DNA of 64,000 nucleotides from Pocillopora damicornis (Eukaryota): NCBI RefSeq assembly GCF_003704095.1, contig NW_020846678.1, positions 248,001 to 312,000 of the forward strand, read 5' to 3'. Shown piece by piece: positions 1 to 11,247 of this stretch (position 1 is its first letter; each line of letters starts with the position of its first letter). The notes under the pieces were generated by a model. It saw only the letters and a program-made list of their open reading frames with translations, ran no database searches and was not told where the DNA came from. The position numbers and the translations under genes were made by a program.

Positions 1-157
1 TTTGTATAATTATGGGGCTACGCTCTGCGAGCTCTGCTATAAATTATCTCAGAATATTTCTGACTATCTGTGGGTCCATGCTGTTACTGTGTTCAATCAA
101 CACTATCATTCGAATCAAAATGAATGTATAAATTTCAAAAAAGATTTACTTTATACT

Positions 158-229
158 TCTCCCGGCGGGGAATCGAACCCCGGTTTCCCGCGTGACAGGC
201 GGAGACACTCACCGCCATACTACCGAGGA
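158..229 (-). tRNA. tRNA-Asp(GTC), variant or possible pseudogene
   Basis: The minus strand reads TCCTCGGTAGTATGGCGGTGAGTGTCTCCGCCTGTCACGCGGGAAACCGGGGTTCGATTCCCCGCCGGGAGA. It is close to eukaryotic tRNA-Asp, with a CTGTCAC anticodon loop and GGTTCGATTCC T-arm/B-box. A T6 run (plus-strand A6 at 137-142) lies just downstream. The acceptor stem is imperfect (C2:A71 mismatch). Confidence 0.88.
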
Positions 230-501
230 GCCCCCTTACCACATTGGGTAAAGACAACAAAAGTAAAAAAAACCATTCTAGAATCCCATGCTGCCTAGAA
301 AAGATCGATGTGGAAAAACCCAACTAGCACAATTCAATAACTTCTCAAATATATTATTAATAATATTAATTATGGCTGAAATAATGCAAATCTATATGTT
401 CCTTTCTTGCTGTGGTCGCTTAGGAACAAATTTTAGACGCAAAACGGATAGGGGAGGGTCTGTTATAGTGTTGAAATAAATGCCCTTTCTCCAACTGTTC
501 A

Positions 502-1185
502 CCTTTTCCTGAGCCGATTGCTCTTTACCCACTCAGTGCCAAATATCAAGCGAGAGATGTGATTGGTGGAAATATACCTGGAATACTTAACAATGTTGTC
601 CCTGCCCCTGGACCTTTTAATAAGAGCGAAAATTCTCTTTCGTTGTTGGGAACTCCGAACAGCTACATCAAGTTCCCAAACGACGGAAAATTGGAGACAA
701 ATACTTCCTTCTCTTTACTGGTGTGGATTTTACCAATTCATCTAGGACTAATATTGGGCTACAGTACTGATGGATGGGGCGTGGTCTTCTGAATGATTGG
801 ACCTGGGAAACTTTTTATCTGTTTTGTTGCTCTTGGGAAAAAAGGAGCATATAAATTACTCGTTATGGAAAGCTCGCACAACAAACCAAACAAGTAGAAT
901 TTCGTCGATGCAATTTAACGTCAGAATACTGGACGGACAAGTTTATGGATGAATGGAAAACTAGAGGATGTCAGATTTATTGGCGATATTACGTTGGACA
1001 ATAATTATTCTGTAAGAATGGGAGTGAGTATTGGGGACGAATTTAACTTTCGTGGTTGTATATCATGCATGCAAGTTTATGACGTGGCTCTACTGCCCGA
1101 ACAAATCAACAGTGCAAAATGGAAGTGTAGATCTTTTCAAAGACTTTTTAAGGGGAAAATCAGAAAGAACCGGCCACGCGACTAG
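502..1185 (+). pseudogene. Concanavalin A-like/LamG (Laminin_G_3-type) domain pseudogene
   Basis: One frame joins ORFs 559-792 and 949-1185: PEPIALYPL...GPF...SYIKFPNDGKL...SFSLLVWI...GWGVVF*M...NK*NFVDAI*...LWMNG...VRMG...FRGCISCMQVYDVAL..EQI. This is a typical LamG-like pattern. In-frame stops are TGA 790-792, TAG 895-897 and TAA 916-918. Confidence 0.8.
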
Positions 1186-1741
1186 CTTTAGAATTGTTTT
1201 TTTTTTTGTCCCTTTGATCAGAAATATTTTCAGAAGTGAGAATTGTCCAGAAGTTATGAAAATTGCTTCACGTTTTATATGTATGACCAAATAAAGATAT
1301 GAGCAAACACGCCATTCAGTTCAGTGGCCATTGAAACCTCTCCTCGCGTTCTTGTAACATTTTGCGTGGTCTGTTACGCCGGAAACCAATGGAGGGTGTG
1401 TCCTATTGTTTAAATAAGCACTTAACTGGAATAAAACCAAATTGACGCTGCATGTTATTTTTTTGGGCGTCATACTTGAGGAAGTCCTTATGAAGGTATT
1501 CTCTGGTCTATCGGAAATAGTAGACATACTGACTTTGAGAGGACTTTACTTTCCTTTATTTCTTTACTGATACTAAGAAATTTGAGACGTACATTTGCAT
1601 ACCTTTATCATAAATACAAAATGCTTAAATAGCGCTTACAATGAATTATCGGTTTTATCAGTTTGCTTAATATTCAGGCCCGAATACGTACGCAGATACT
1701 GTTTGAGTGACGTTACAGTTAAGGTCCTCTGTTTGGCCAGG

Positions 1742-3331
1742 TTACTGAGTAAGGTAACCAGTTTGCTCGACGTCCCTAGTAAGTGGAACACTTCGTTTCC
1801 TTTTGTATGGATCAGAAATAGCCTTGCCACACACGTCACCATAGCAGGCCAGCTGTTCGCCCTCACACAGAACACCCGAATCACAGAGCGCACAAGGCAC
1901 TCCCAGCAAGTCACATCCAGAAACTCGCTTGGCAAACTTGCGCTGAAACATAGAGAAGGAAGAATTGATTTGAGTGAAGTTTGTAAAGATTCCATAGTGG
2001 CTATCACTGCTCTGCCAGTTAAAGAGAAAACACTGATATGACTATTGAAAATGTAGCGTAGAAGTACGAAACCTCAGGGTATGTGAAAATATGAAACTGG
2101 CAGGGCAATTATTTAAAACATTTGGAGAATTCCTAACTCAACATTAGCTCTTCGCACTGCATACCGGTGAAATGTCGAAATGTTTTTTGTTCTTGAGAAA
2201 GTCGGAACTGTTTTTTCGTCTCAGCCACAAGATCCGTTCGATTACACGTGCTTCTAAGTATTTTGGCAATATCCTAGCCGATACTTACCTTAGCCACAAC
2301 TCATTTTGAATGCATTGTATTTTGTCTCGCTTCGAGCAGAGACGACAGTGCGTTTGAAGTTTGTAAGTCTGTGATAAAACTTATTTTGCAGAAAACCACA
2401 TGATTCTCGTTCGCAATTGAAAATGAGAAAAGTTTAAAGCTAGGAGGAAATGTTTTAACAACTAGAATTGGCGATGAAACACAATGAAGGCCAAACAGGA
2501 CACGCGGAAAGGGCGAAACTTGAAGAAAAACACGCATAAAACGGGTGTTTCACAGGATGTGAAACACCCGTTTGAAGTGGTGATGAAACAGAAAATTTAA
2601 TGATTCGAGAAAGATCCAACGATCCTACGCATAATCGTTATCCAGCGGATTAGCGTTAACAAAACGTAATGTTCTAATCTGATGAAAAACGCCATCAATC
2701 CTTCGAACATGCTAAGCTTGGTGCTTTTGTGCGGAAATTGCCTAAAGGCAGAAGCATCAGCCCTAATGCCTGTTCTATTCCCGAAGTAGTTTGTTTGAGC
2801 TGTAAGAAGACTTGCTGGGATCCAGTCACCTATAAGTCCAAGTCTAGTCCAGTGAGTATCGTTCATGCAGCTAACACTTACTTTTAGTTCCTGATCTTAA
2901 GTTCTCTGTACTATTTTTGACTACTTCGCAGTTTGTAGTTGTTCCCTGTATTAGCTCGACCCGGTTATAAAAATTTACAAGTCCAATAAATTCATTCTTT
3001 AGCTGCTGAGAAAATCTTTCGCCTAATTTTCCAAATAATTAATGTTTGGTATTATGTTTTCCGTCCCATCGTTTACATTCGCAAAGTTAAAATGTTTCAT
3101 TTCAGAAAGAAAGAACCGCAATTTTTAACAGAGAAATGAGCCTCGAATTTTTTTGCTTAAATCTTTGTGACTAAAGCTTCCACGGAATAAACTCGAGACG
3201 GTTACCAAAAACATTCTAGCGTTTGCAGTACTTACCATTTCCCTGTAATCTCTGAATACATTCCTCGCCATCAGTTCTTCGATTGAAAAAGCCAAAAGGA
3301 GGCAGACAATTACTATCATTTTCCTTGCCAT
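1742..3331 (-). CDS. Secreted cysteine-rich prepropeptide, 98 aa, 2 exons (3331-3236, 1942-1742); toxin-, antimicrobial- or hormone-like
   Basis: Exon 1 is MARKMIVIVCLLLAFSIEELMARNVFRDYREM (signal peptide), ending at a phase-0 GTAAGT donor. Exon 2 follows TTCTTCCTTCTCTATGTTTCAG in phase 0 and reads RKFAKR-VSGCDLLGVPCALCDSGVLCEGEQLACYGDVCGKAISDPY-KRKR-SVPLTRDVEQTGYLTQ*. TATAAT lies at ~3451-3456 and AATAAA at ~1555-1560 on the minus strand. Confidence 0.85.
2538..2572. repeat. Short perfect inverted repeat in the peptide-gene intron
   Basis: AAACGGGTGTTTCACA-gga-TGTGAAACACCCGTTT forms a 16-bp stem. Confidence 0.8.
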
Positions 3332-6300
3332 GATTTGGATGAACGATGATGTAGAAAACTGCAAACATCCACCACGAGAACAGAAAAATTCAGAGACGAA
3401 ATGAGTATGAAGCACACGTCCAATAGAACTTACGATAGAAGCAGTGGCTCATTATATTTCATTTTAACTAAGCTCCTTTGTTCTCTTAATCTAAATCTTG
3501 CTGTCAGTCAAAAGAACAATTCCTTCCCCCGGTTAACACTAGAAAATTGAATGCGCACGAAACCGCAAGTTTGAGGTGAAAGAAAACATGATCGGAAAGT
3601 GCGTCAAAAAAAGTCAAAACAATGAAATGAGGCCAAAAATAGACTCAAGTGTGTCTCAAAGGAAGCGATTTTTGTAAAGCCAGCATTATTAGGTTACAAT
3701 GATCAATATTTTCAATGTGAGTTTGTTATGATGTTTTTACTTTCTTCCAATAGTTTAATGCAAATTTGACCAGCGATGAGTGAGTACCTTTCGGTGATAT
3801 CTTACCAAGCTTAAGAAGAAAAAAATGAGAAAAAAATTTCATAAAAGTGTGTAAAGGAGAGGGAAGAAGGCATTTAGAAACCTTTGGCAACCTTCAAATC
3901 AATTAAAATTGACACGCATTTCACCATCCCTTGTGAAATCGATCATCAGGCAGGTCAATTATAACGATATAGTTTCATTTTTGAAAAGGTGATTCGTCAA
4001 TATCAGCCTGGGAAACTCAACATGCGGCTATAATGAAGCTTTGTTTGTGAGAATAATTTGAAATTATTTCTATGACATGGCAAGAATAAAAAGCAGGAAA
4101 CCAATTTAAGTTTACCTTTCGGGCTTGGACCTATATCAATTAGACGTGCAAGTCTAGTGGTGTTCTCAATTTAGTTAATGTAACCTCCCAACGTCTTTGC
4201 ATTTGTGTAGTTTAATTTTCCTGATACACGAATCGAAGTTAATACTTCTGGTGAATACCTATCAATAAGTAAATTATTTGCATTTACATTTAGTTGTAGT
4301 CTAGTTTGCCATTTATAAGACGAATGAAACATGAAAACCTAGTAAAATAAACCACATTTGTAAAGGAAAATATTTTTGTTCGAAATAGCACGTTGTACCT
4401 TTGCTGTAACATGCAACACGATCGAATATTTTAATATTGACTTTGGTAAGAGGATGAAATTTCGTGCTTGGTCATTGTTACATGTTAACTTTTTCAAGTG
4501 TCAGCTGAAGTGTTCTTAAAATTTGCGACGCAGCTAGACAGCATGCGTCTGGCTGGAATCGAATTTATTGACTTGGACGAGGTTCCCTCATCCTCCACCT
4601 CTAATGCAAATGATTATATAATCTCTTCAACTGAATGTGGACAACAAGCTTTTATAATACTCCATATCCTCGTGACCAAACTGCAAATTATTACCAAACA
4701 TCCATAAAAATAAAGAAAAGTGACAATCCAAAATATTAGAGATTGTTATTTATTTGTCATTCCCTAGCCTATTATGAAAGTTGTTTTTCGTAATCTTTTT
4801 TAAAAATTGATTTACGCAAGTTTGTTTGGAGCTTCCAATATTGGTCTATGGTACAGTCGCCACTTTAAGTATTTTTAATAATCATCAAGTTCTGAATAAA
4901 TGGCAACCTAAATTTTAAAATGCGGCATTCTCTTCGCAAGTGAGAACAGCCCTTTTGTCAATATCAGTATCACAGAGAGAATTATTTTCAAACATAATGT
5001 TTTTTTTGGTCCTAAGAAGATCGAATGATCACAGAGTGCCCTTGACCCTTCTTGGTTGCTTACGGCTCGATCAAATTTATTTTAAGGCTTACATACCATA
5101 GTAAGCTATAAAGAGCTTAATAACCGCCATAGGTCGAGCCAGTCGGTTCTTAATCGATAGAGTTTCTTATGATAGGTCAGATCGACTTTCGAAGTTACTC
5201 GAATAAAATCAGAAACTAGCGGTATTTTATTGATTTGTGGGCGTGAGATGGTGACACGTACACACTTCATTATGATGTTTATCAGAGAGGTTAAAAGTTC
5301 ACTGAGTTGTACAACAGAAACAGGGACGCAAGTAATTCAACTACGACCCACTCACACGTCACCCCGTTCATGATAAGCCTTCCTTATGCAGTCACATACC
5401 TTTTTTTTGCGCGCAGGCATGTCACCCAGGTGTTTCCGCATTTTAGAACTATACGTACGTAAGATCATGCAACATCTCATACATCTCATGATCAGATGTT
5501 AGCCAATAAGATTGCACAGTCCTGTGTGCTCCTTTATTGTTTTGTTATGGAGTCATGGTATTTTTGAGATACAGAGGTTGGAAATTTTAAACTGCAAAAC
5601 TAGTCAATGTCCCACAAAAAAACAAAAAAAAAATTGAAATTGCAGGTCGCGAAGTGACTGTTTACAAAGTCACAACCGGTTAAAATGATGACTAAATGAT
5701 ATCATTGCCGAAATTCCAATTTCCGTCTCGGTCAGTCTCACAGGAAACGAAATCATGGAAAAAACTAGAATTTGCTATGGAGCATCCTTGGGGGTGGTTA
5801 TTAAATGATCATCGCTCAGTGAACAGAAAGGCTTGAAACAAATGCTTGGTCTTCAGTTTGTGTGGGTGTAAGTCATCCGTTTCCGTGACATTGTTTTTGT
5901 TTTCATCTTTATAATGCAGTATTGTCTACCAGGATCCAGTTGTTCAGAGGGCCGATAACGCTATCTATCTAACGGGTTCATCGCTATCCAGTGTATCCAG
6001 ACGCTGTCTCTCTCAGAGCGATCCGGTGCGTTTCGGGTCGAAAAATCGATGATCCCAGGAATCTTTCCTTGTGTAAAAGTAATCGAAACCGCCTCGGTTT
6101 TTTCAAATATTGCAAAATAATTTTTTTCCTGCGCGAAGTTCGCTTCAGCGCTCAAACGTCCGTTTTTAATAACACCGAGTATCAAAAAAAAGCACAAATT
6201 GCCGAGCTCGAGTTTTCACAATATTCTAGTTTGAGGATTTTGTTTTGTTTCGCATATTTAGATCAACCCTTTATAAGAACAAAGCACATTAGTTTTGTGT

Positions 6301-9300
6301 TTTTAACGGTTTTTTTCCACTAAATTTTTTTTTTAATAACATTCTAATTGTGCATTCTTGATGCCTCACGACGTGACATTTCCTAGTATAAGTGGGACAT
6401 ACTATGCATTTGATTATATTTCATTAAGATTTTTCATATCACTCAAAATTCTTGGATCAGGTCATACCTGTCTTAAAATTGCTTTAGGGCCTGCCTAAAA
6501 TTAAAATGGGGATCGAGCAGTTATGAATTCACGAAATTAGGCGGAGAAGTAAATTAATTTGTACAGATGATCTCTTCTTATGCCGATGAAAGCTATCGTT
6601 GACTTAAAGATTTTCTAAGTGGCCTCTATGGGCCTATCGTTTTCGACGTGGTTATTGATAGAGAGGCTGGGGGACTTTATATTATGAAAATGAAGATTTC
6701 ATTCAGCCGATGGTCTCTTAATTGTCATACGTTATTATCAAGATGTGGTGTCACTGATTTTCTCACATCAAGCCTTAAATCTGCCAAAGTATTATAAACA
6801 ATTAAAAACTGTTCACCATGTTGGACGAAGCAAGGACAACAACTTTTGTACGACGTGAGCCGTGCCGCGCTCCGAATGATCTTTGATATATCATTGGCTC
6901 TCACCAATCACAGAGCTGGTATGTACCTTACTGTATAACGATTAAAAGTATAAGGATAAAGTAGCAAAGAGAGGAGTGTATTCACGCAGTTCTACCTCTC
7001 TGTCGTTAGATGGCTCACTCAGTTTTTTGGAGATACACTTGAAAAAAGTCATTTGCATTTCATCATCACATATATTCGAAGAAATTAATGAATTGTGGAA
7101 AAGAAATTTTCCACAATATTCAAATAAATTTTCACCACAAATTTCACATATATTCTAAGCAATTACATTCATTGGCAAAGGACCACTGATATGGATCAAT
7201 TGTACTAGTTCCTGGATCAAATTGACATCGTGAAACGGTATACATCGTTTAAAATCGCGGCGTTTAGTAGAAATTCAATATAAGCAATGGAGAAATAATC
7301 CTTGACTCGTTCGTTTACTTGTCTTTGTTTTACCGAAAAGATGGATTTATGAAAAAGTTCAGCTCCAGACAACCAAAATGTAAACAGGCCGCCATATGGT
7401 TTTGGATACATTTTAATGGTAATTTAAAATTTTTCTCTGCGTAAACTTAGTCCTAAAACTTCCGCTGTTTTGTCTTTTAGCTGAGCTTAATTAAATATAT
7501 AGTTAACAGCACGCAATTTTACGGCTTCTTCTGAGATATCTTCACATGAACAACTATATATTTTCACACAGCGAAGAACTGTCAATCGAAGTTCTTGCAA
7601 CATCTATTTTGGCAAAGAAAACAAATATCGAAATGTGTAATAGCTTAGCCTGCGTGGCTCATATTAATAGTATGAATCAAAATAGCATAAAAAAAAAAGG
7701 TTCTCCAGGATTCAGATGACTCTCCAAGGCCTATACCAAATTTACACTTCGTCCAAGAAGTGATAGCCAATTTTATGAATCAAATACGTCTTATCGCGTC
7801 ATAGCAGTGTACCTTGCTGCAATTTGTCAATCATTAATATTATGACTGGCATATTACAGCCATAGGATTATGGTGTAAGAAGAGAAATTTGAAAATTTTT
7901 CAAAGGAGCATTATTCAGTGAAAAAAATTAAGCTCTTTACTTTCTTTGAGCTTTTCGTTATATAACCTTAGTACAAGATATTTTTGCCTGATACGTAATA
8001 TGCAAAATAAAATGTCACGGTAATATCAAGACCTTAAGAAAGATAATTGGATATAGATTATGACCAAATAAAATAACTTGTAATTTTTCTTTTCTTCTTC
8101 TTTTTTTATTCTTTTTTTTATTATCCTCCAATTTGAGCTGTTATTAATCATTTTTTCACCTCATCTTTGTTGCCTATAGCCCCAGACAGTTATTTTATGA
8201 AAAATTTAAAGATTTTCGTTATTTCATTCTGACCATCAAATCCCATTGTGAATTACATTAATAACGCTGCGATAAAACACTTCTTAGCTGAACTAACTGA
8301 TTCTATTGTTGGTTAAAGCACACTTCTAAGAGCTTGTTTATGTGAAAGTTAACTCGCTTCATAAAGACTACGCATATCAACTATTCGTTCGTACGCTTCA
8401 AACAAACTTGCTTTTACACTTACCTTTCAGGAGGTCAGGAGTGAGATAGAGCGAAAACGTATTAATTTACCCTTTTTCGCGAGCTGTAGGCTAGTTATAT
8501 AGCGTCTCAAACGTGTGATTGTAATAACGCAAGTTATTTATAAACTTTGAGCGTTAAAAGCGACAAATGAAATATTACTAGTTTTAATTACTTTACCGGA
8601 AAAAATGGATCTTGGTCGCTTCCGCGAAGCTTTGCCACTCAATCAATGTTAGCGAATGTTTTATAAGTTAGTGCGGGAGGCTTCATTTCGTACTGTAAAC
8701 AGAAAAAAAAAACTGAATGCTTCACAAATCCTGGATAAGTTCATTCTTTTCTCGAGCTAAATTAACAGAAGGGAAAAACTAACTGTTTGGTTGGAACTTA
8801 ACGGATACAATTCTCGTCTGCCATTATATTTAAGAAACTTGGATTTCAAAAGGTTTTCGAAAATGAGGATGATATATGACAATTACACCACCATTTTTTA
8901 TCCTTTGAGATCTCATTAAAATAAACGTATCTTAAAATTAAAAGATATTGCTTGATAATCGAGGAAATTAATCAGACTAAAATAATTTCATAGCCTTTGC
9001 GATAAATATCGAGATTTGGTGAAAAGAAATTTAGGCCTTCATGATATTAATTCTGTAAACCAAGAATTATTGTTTCCGTGTTATGGAGGAAGTAAAAGTG
9101 GCACTGAAAAAAATAAACTGATATACTGTTTGACTGAAGGCAGTTGAATCAATAGCGACAGTGAGATAAGATAGTAATTGGAAGGAAAAAATGACAGATA
9201 TGAATTTCTTATTCTCGTAATTGTTGCAAATGGCACAATTTTTTTTTCTCCAATTTCTTTAGATTCAATCTTCAAAAGCAATCCAAGTTTGATTGCTTTT

Positions 9301-11247
9301 CATTTTGTATTACGGAATATGCTGGCTATTGAAAGCATGTACTGAGCTATTTTCTTAAAGGCGAAACAAATAAACTTATAGTTAAGAGTTACCAAGCTTA
9401 TCTTGCCAAAAGGGATTCAACGTGTACCGTTCTTTAACTCTGTATATTCGATAAATTGTAAAGACAATTGTAAAGAATTGTCGTTAATATGTGTAGTATT
9501 GCTTATGAAGAGGGAAAAGGGCAATCAAATGTATCAACACCAACAAAGAGGAGGGATGGGACGGAAGAGAGTACGGGAGACCAAAACCACGATATTCAAT
9601 GTGGTGATCATTTGTCTGTTTTGCCTACATCAAGTTTTCCGTTGTATAAAACATATCCTTAGATAGGTGAACATTGATGATGATTATTTTAAACATTATA
9701 TACAGCAAAACTGCTGTCGGAATTTCATGGCAAAATGCTAGGGGTAAGTAACTATGGGCTAGCATCGCACTCAAGTGGAATAGAAATGCCCTCAATCTCT
9801 TCGAGGCCCAGAATTTGGGATCAAGTGCGGCTGGATGAGTCACTTGGTCCGATTGTTGACTTAACCAAATTCAGCTCATGGAATGGATCATTTTCTCCTG
9901 GTGTGTAACCCTGTCAGATGTATGTATATGTATTTACATGTTGTTACGATATGTTATTTGTTGACAGCTTTCCTCATTTGGACATATACTTAATTAAAGA
10001 AGCAATGATTTTACTGCTAAATAAAATTGCCTCCAACATGGCTTGTTGGGTGTTTTTATGAATTCCGTATTTAACCAAATTATCGCGAGCGTTCATTGTT
10101 TGCAATTTTCTCCGTCACTTAATGGGCTCCCTTCAAGTAAAATCACACACGTAATGTTTTCTAATGAAGACTCAGAACAATGGTACTTCGAATTCTTATG
10201 AGCTTGCCTTATCAGAGGTACCTAAGGATTATCAATATTAATCAAGAAAGTGTGTGGTTGAAATCTCACTCATTCAAATAAAGAGGCGCAAACAAACCAT
10301 GTTTTTTCTCACAAGCAACTTTATGGTCTTTCATGCACTTACTAAGCACCTATATACAAAAGATTACACCTATTTGTGATACACGTAAGCTATCCAAAAG
10401 TGTGTGACTCGATCTAAATCGTGCCTCTTTGTTCCTTTCAAAAAGAATTCAACGTAAATTGTAAAGGGTAAAGGAAGGAAAAATTGAAAACGCGTAAGAT
10501 TTCCCTAAACGATTTTTGTACGGCTCGGAATAGTATATGATATCCTTATTTGGATACAAAAGAAGTTCTTTTAAACATGCCGACGAGATTTGATCTGTAA
10601 TCGATCGATCTGCTGGTGAACTTTTTCTATAATTCCTCGGATTTTTTTTTGTCATTTCTTTAAACTAGACTACTTTTATTCCACAGTTTAATTTCAGATC
10701 CTATGCGTCCGAGTCTTAGAGAAATTTTGAGTAAGGAGTCATCACATGATTGTTTGACACCCTTTTTGATGTAACTGGACAGATATAATCCTGGCCGTGA
10801 GATGGAGATGTGTACAAGAAACTTTGAAATACATTTGTAGTGAGCTATTTGGATTTTCAAGGTAAACATGAAATATTGATTTTTAAAGAATATCTGATAC
10901 AAGGAATTCGTTTAGATAGGCAATGCAAAAATGACATATGCGATTTTTTTATTTTCTTTTATAGCTTGGCGATCATAAGTGAACCAAACTAAGTTCGTTG
11001 CACATCTATAAATTCGCCTTCAACTACAATGTAAAATATAGGGTTTAGTTTAGGATTAAATGTCATTCTCACTTCCTTTGATAAACGACGATTTCCTGAA
11101 ACGCAATATGAAATAAAATCGAGGTTAATCAAAAAGAAGAGCGAAATTAAAAAATCCTCAGAGTATGCATATTTCGTTTAAGTGGTAAAGTTTTCAATGT
11201 TTATTACCTCGAAAAAACCGCAATAAACCACACTTACGTTGACAGTT

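Noticed and set aside
1595-2041. 148-aa plus-strand ORF and 123-aa minus-strand ORF
   Set aside because: They are antisense or alternative-frame shadows of the peptide exon 1942-1742, with no recognisable motif.
6800-6915. Inverted CCAAT boxes followed by CAACATG|GTGAAC (possible ATG-only first exon)
   Set aside because: The donor is weak and no convincing downstream coding exons were found.
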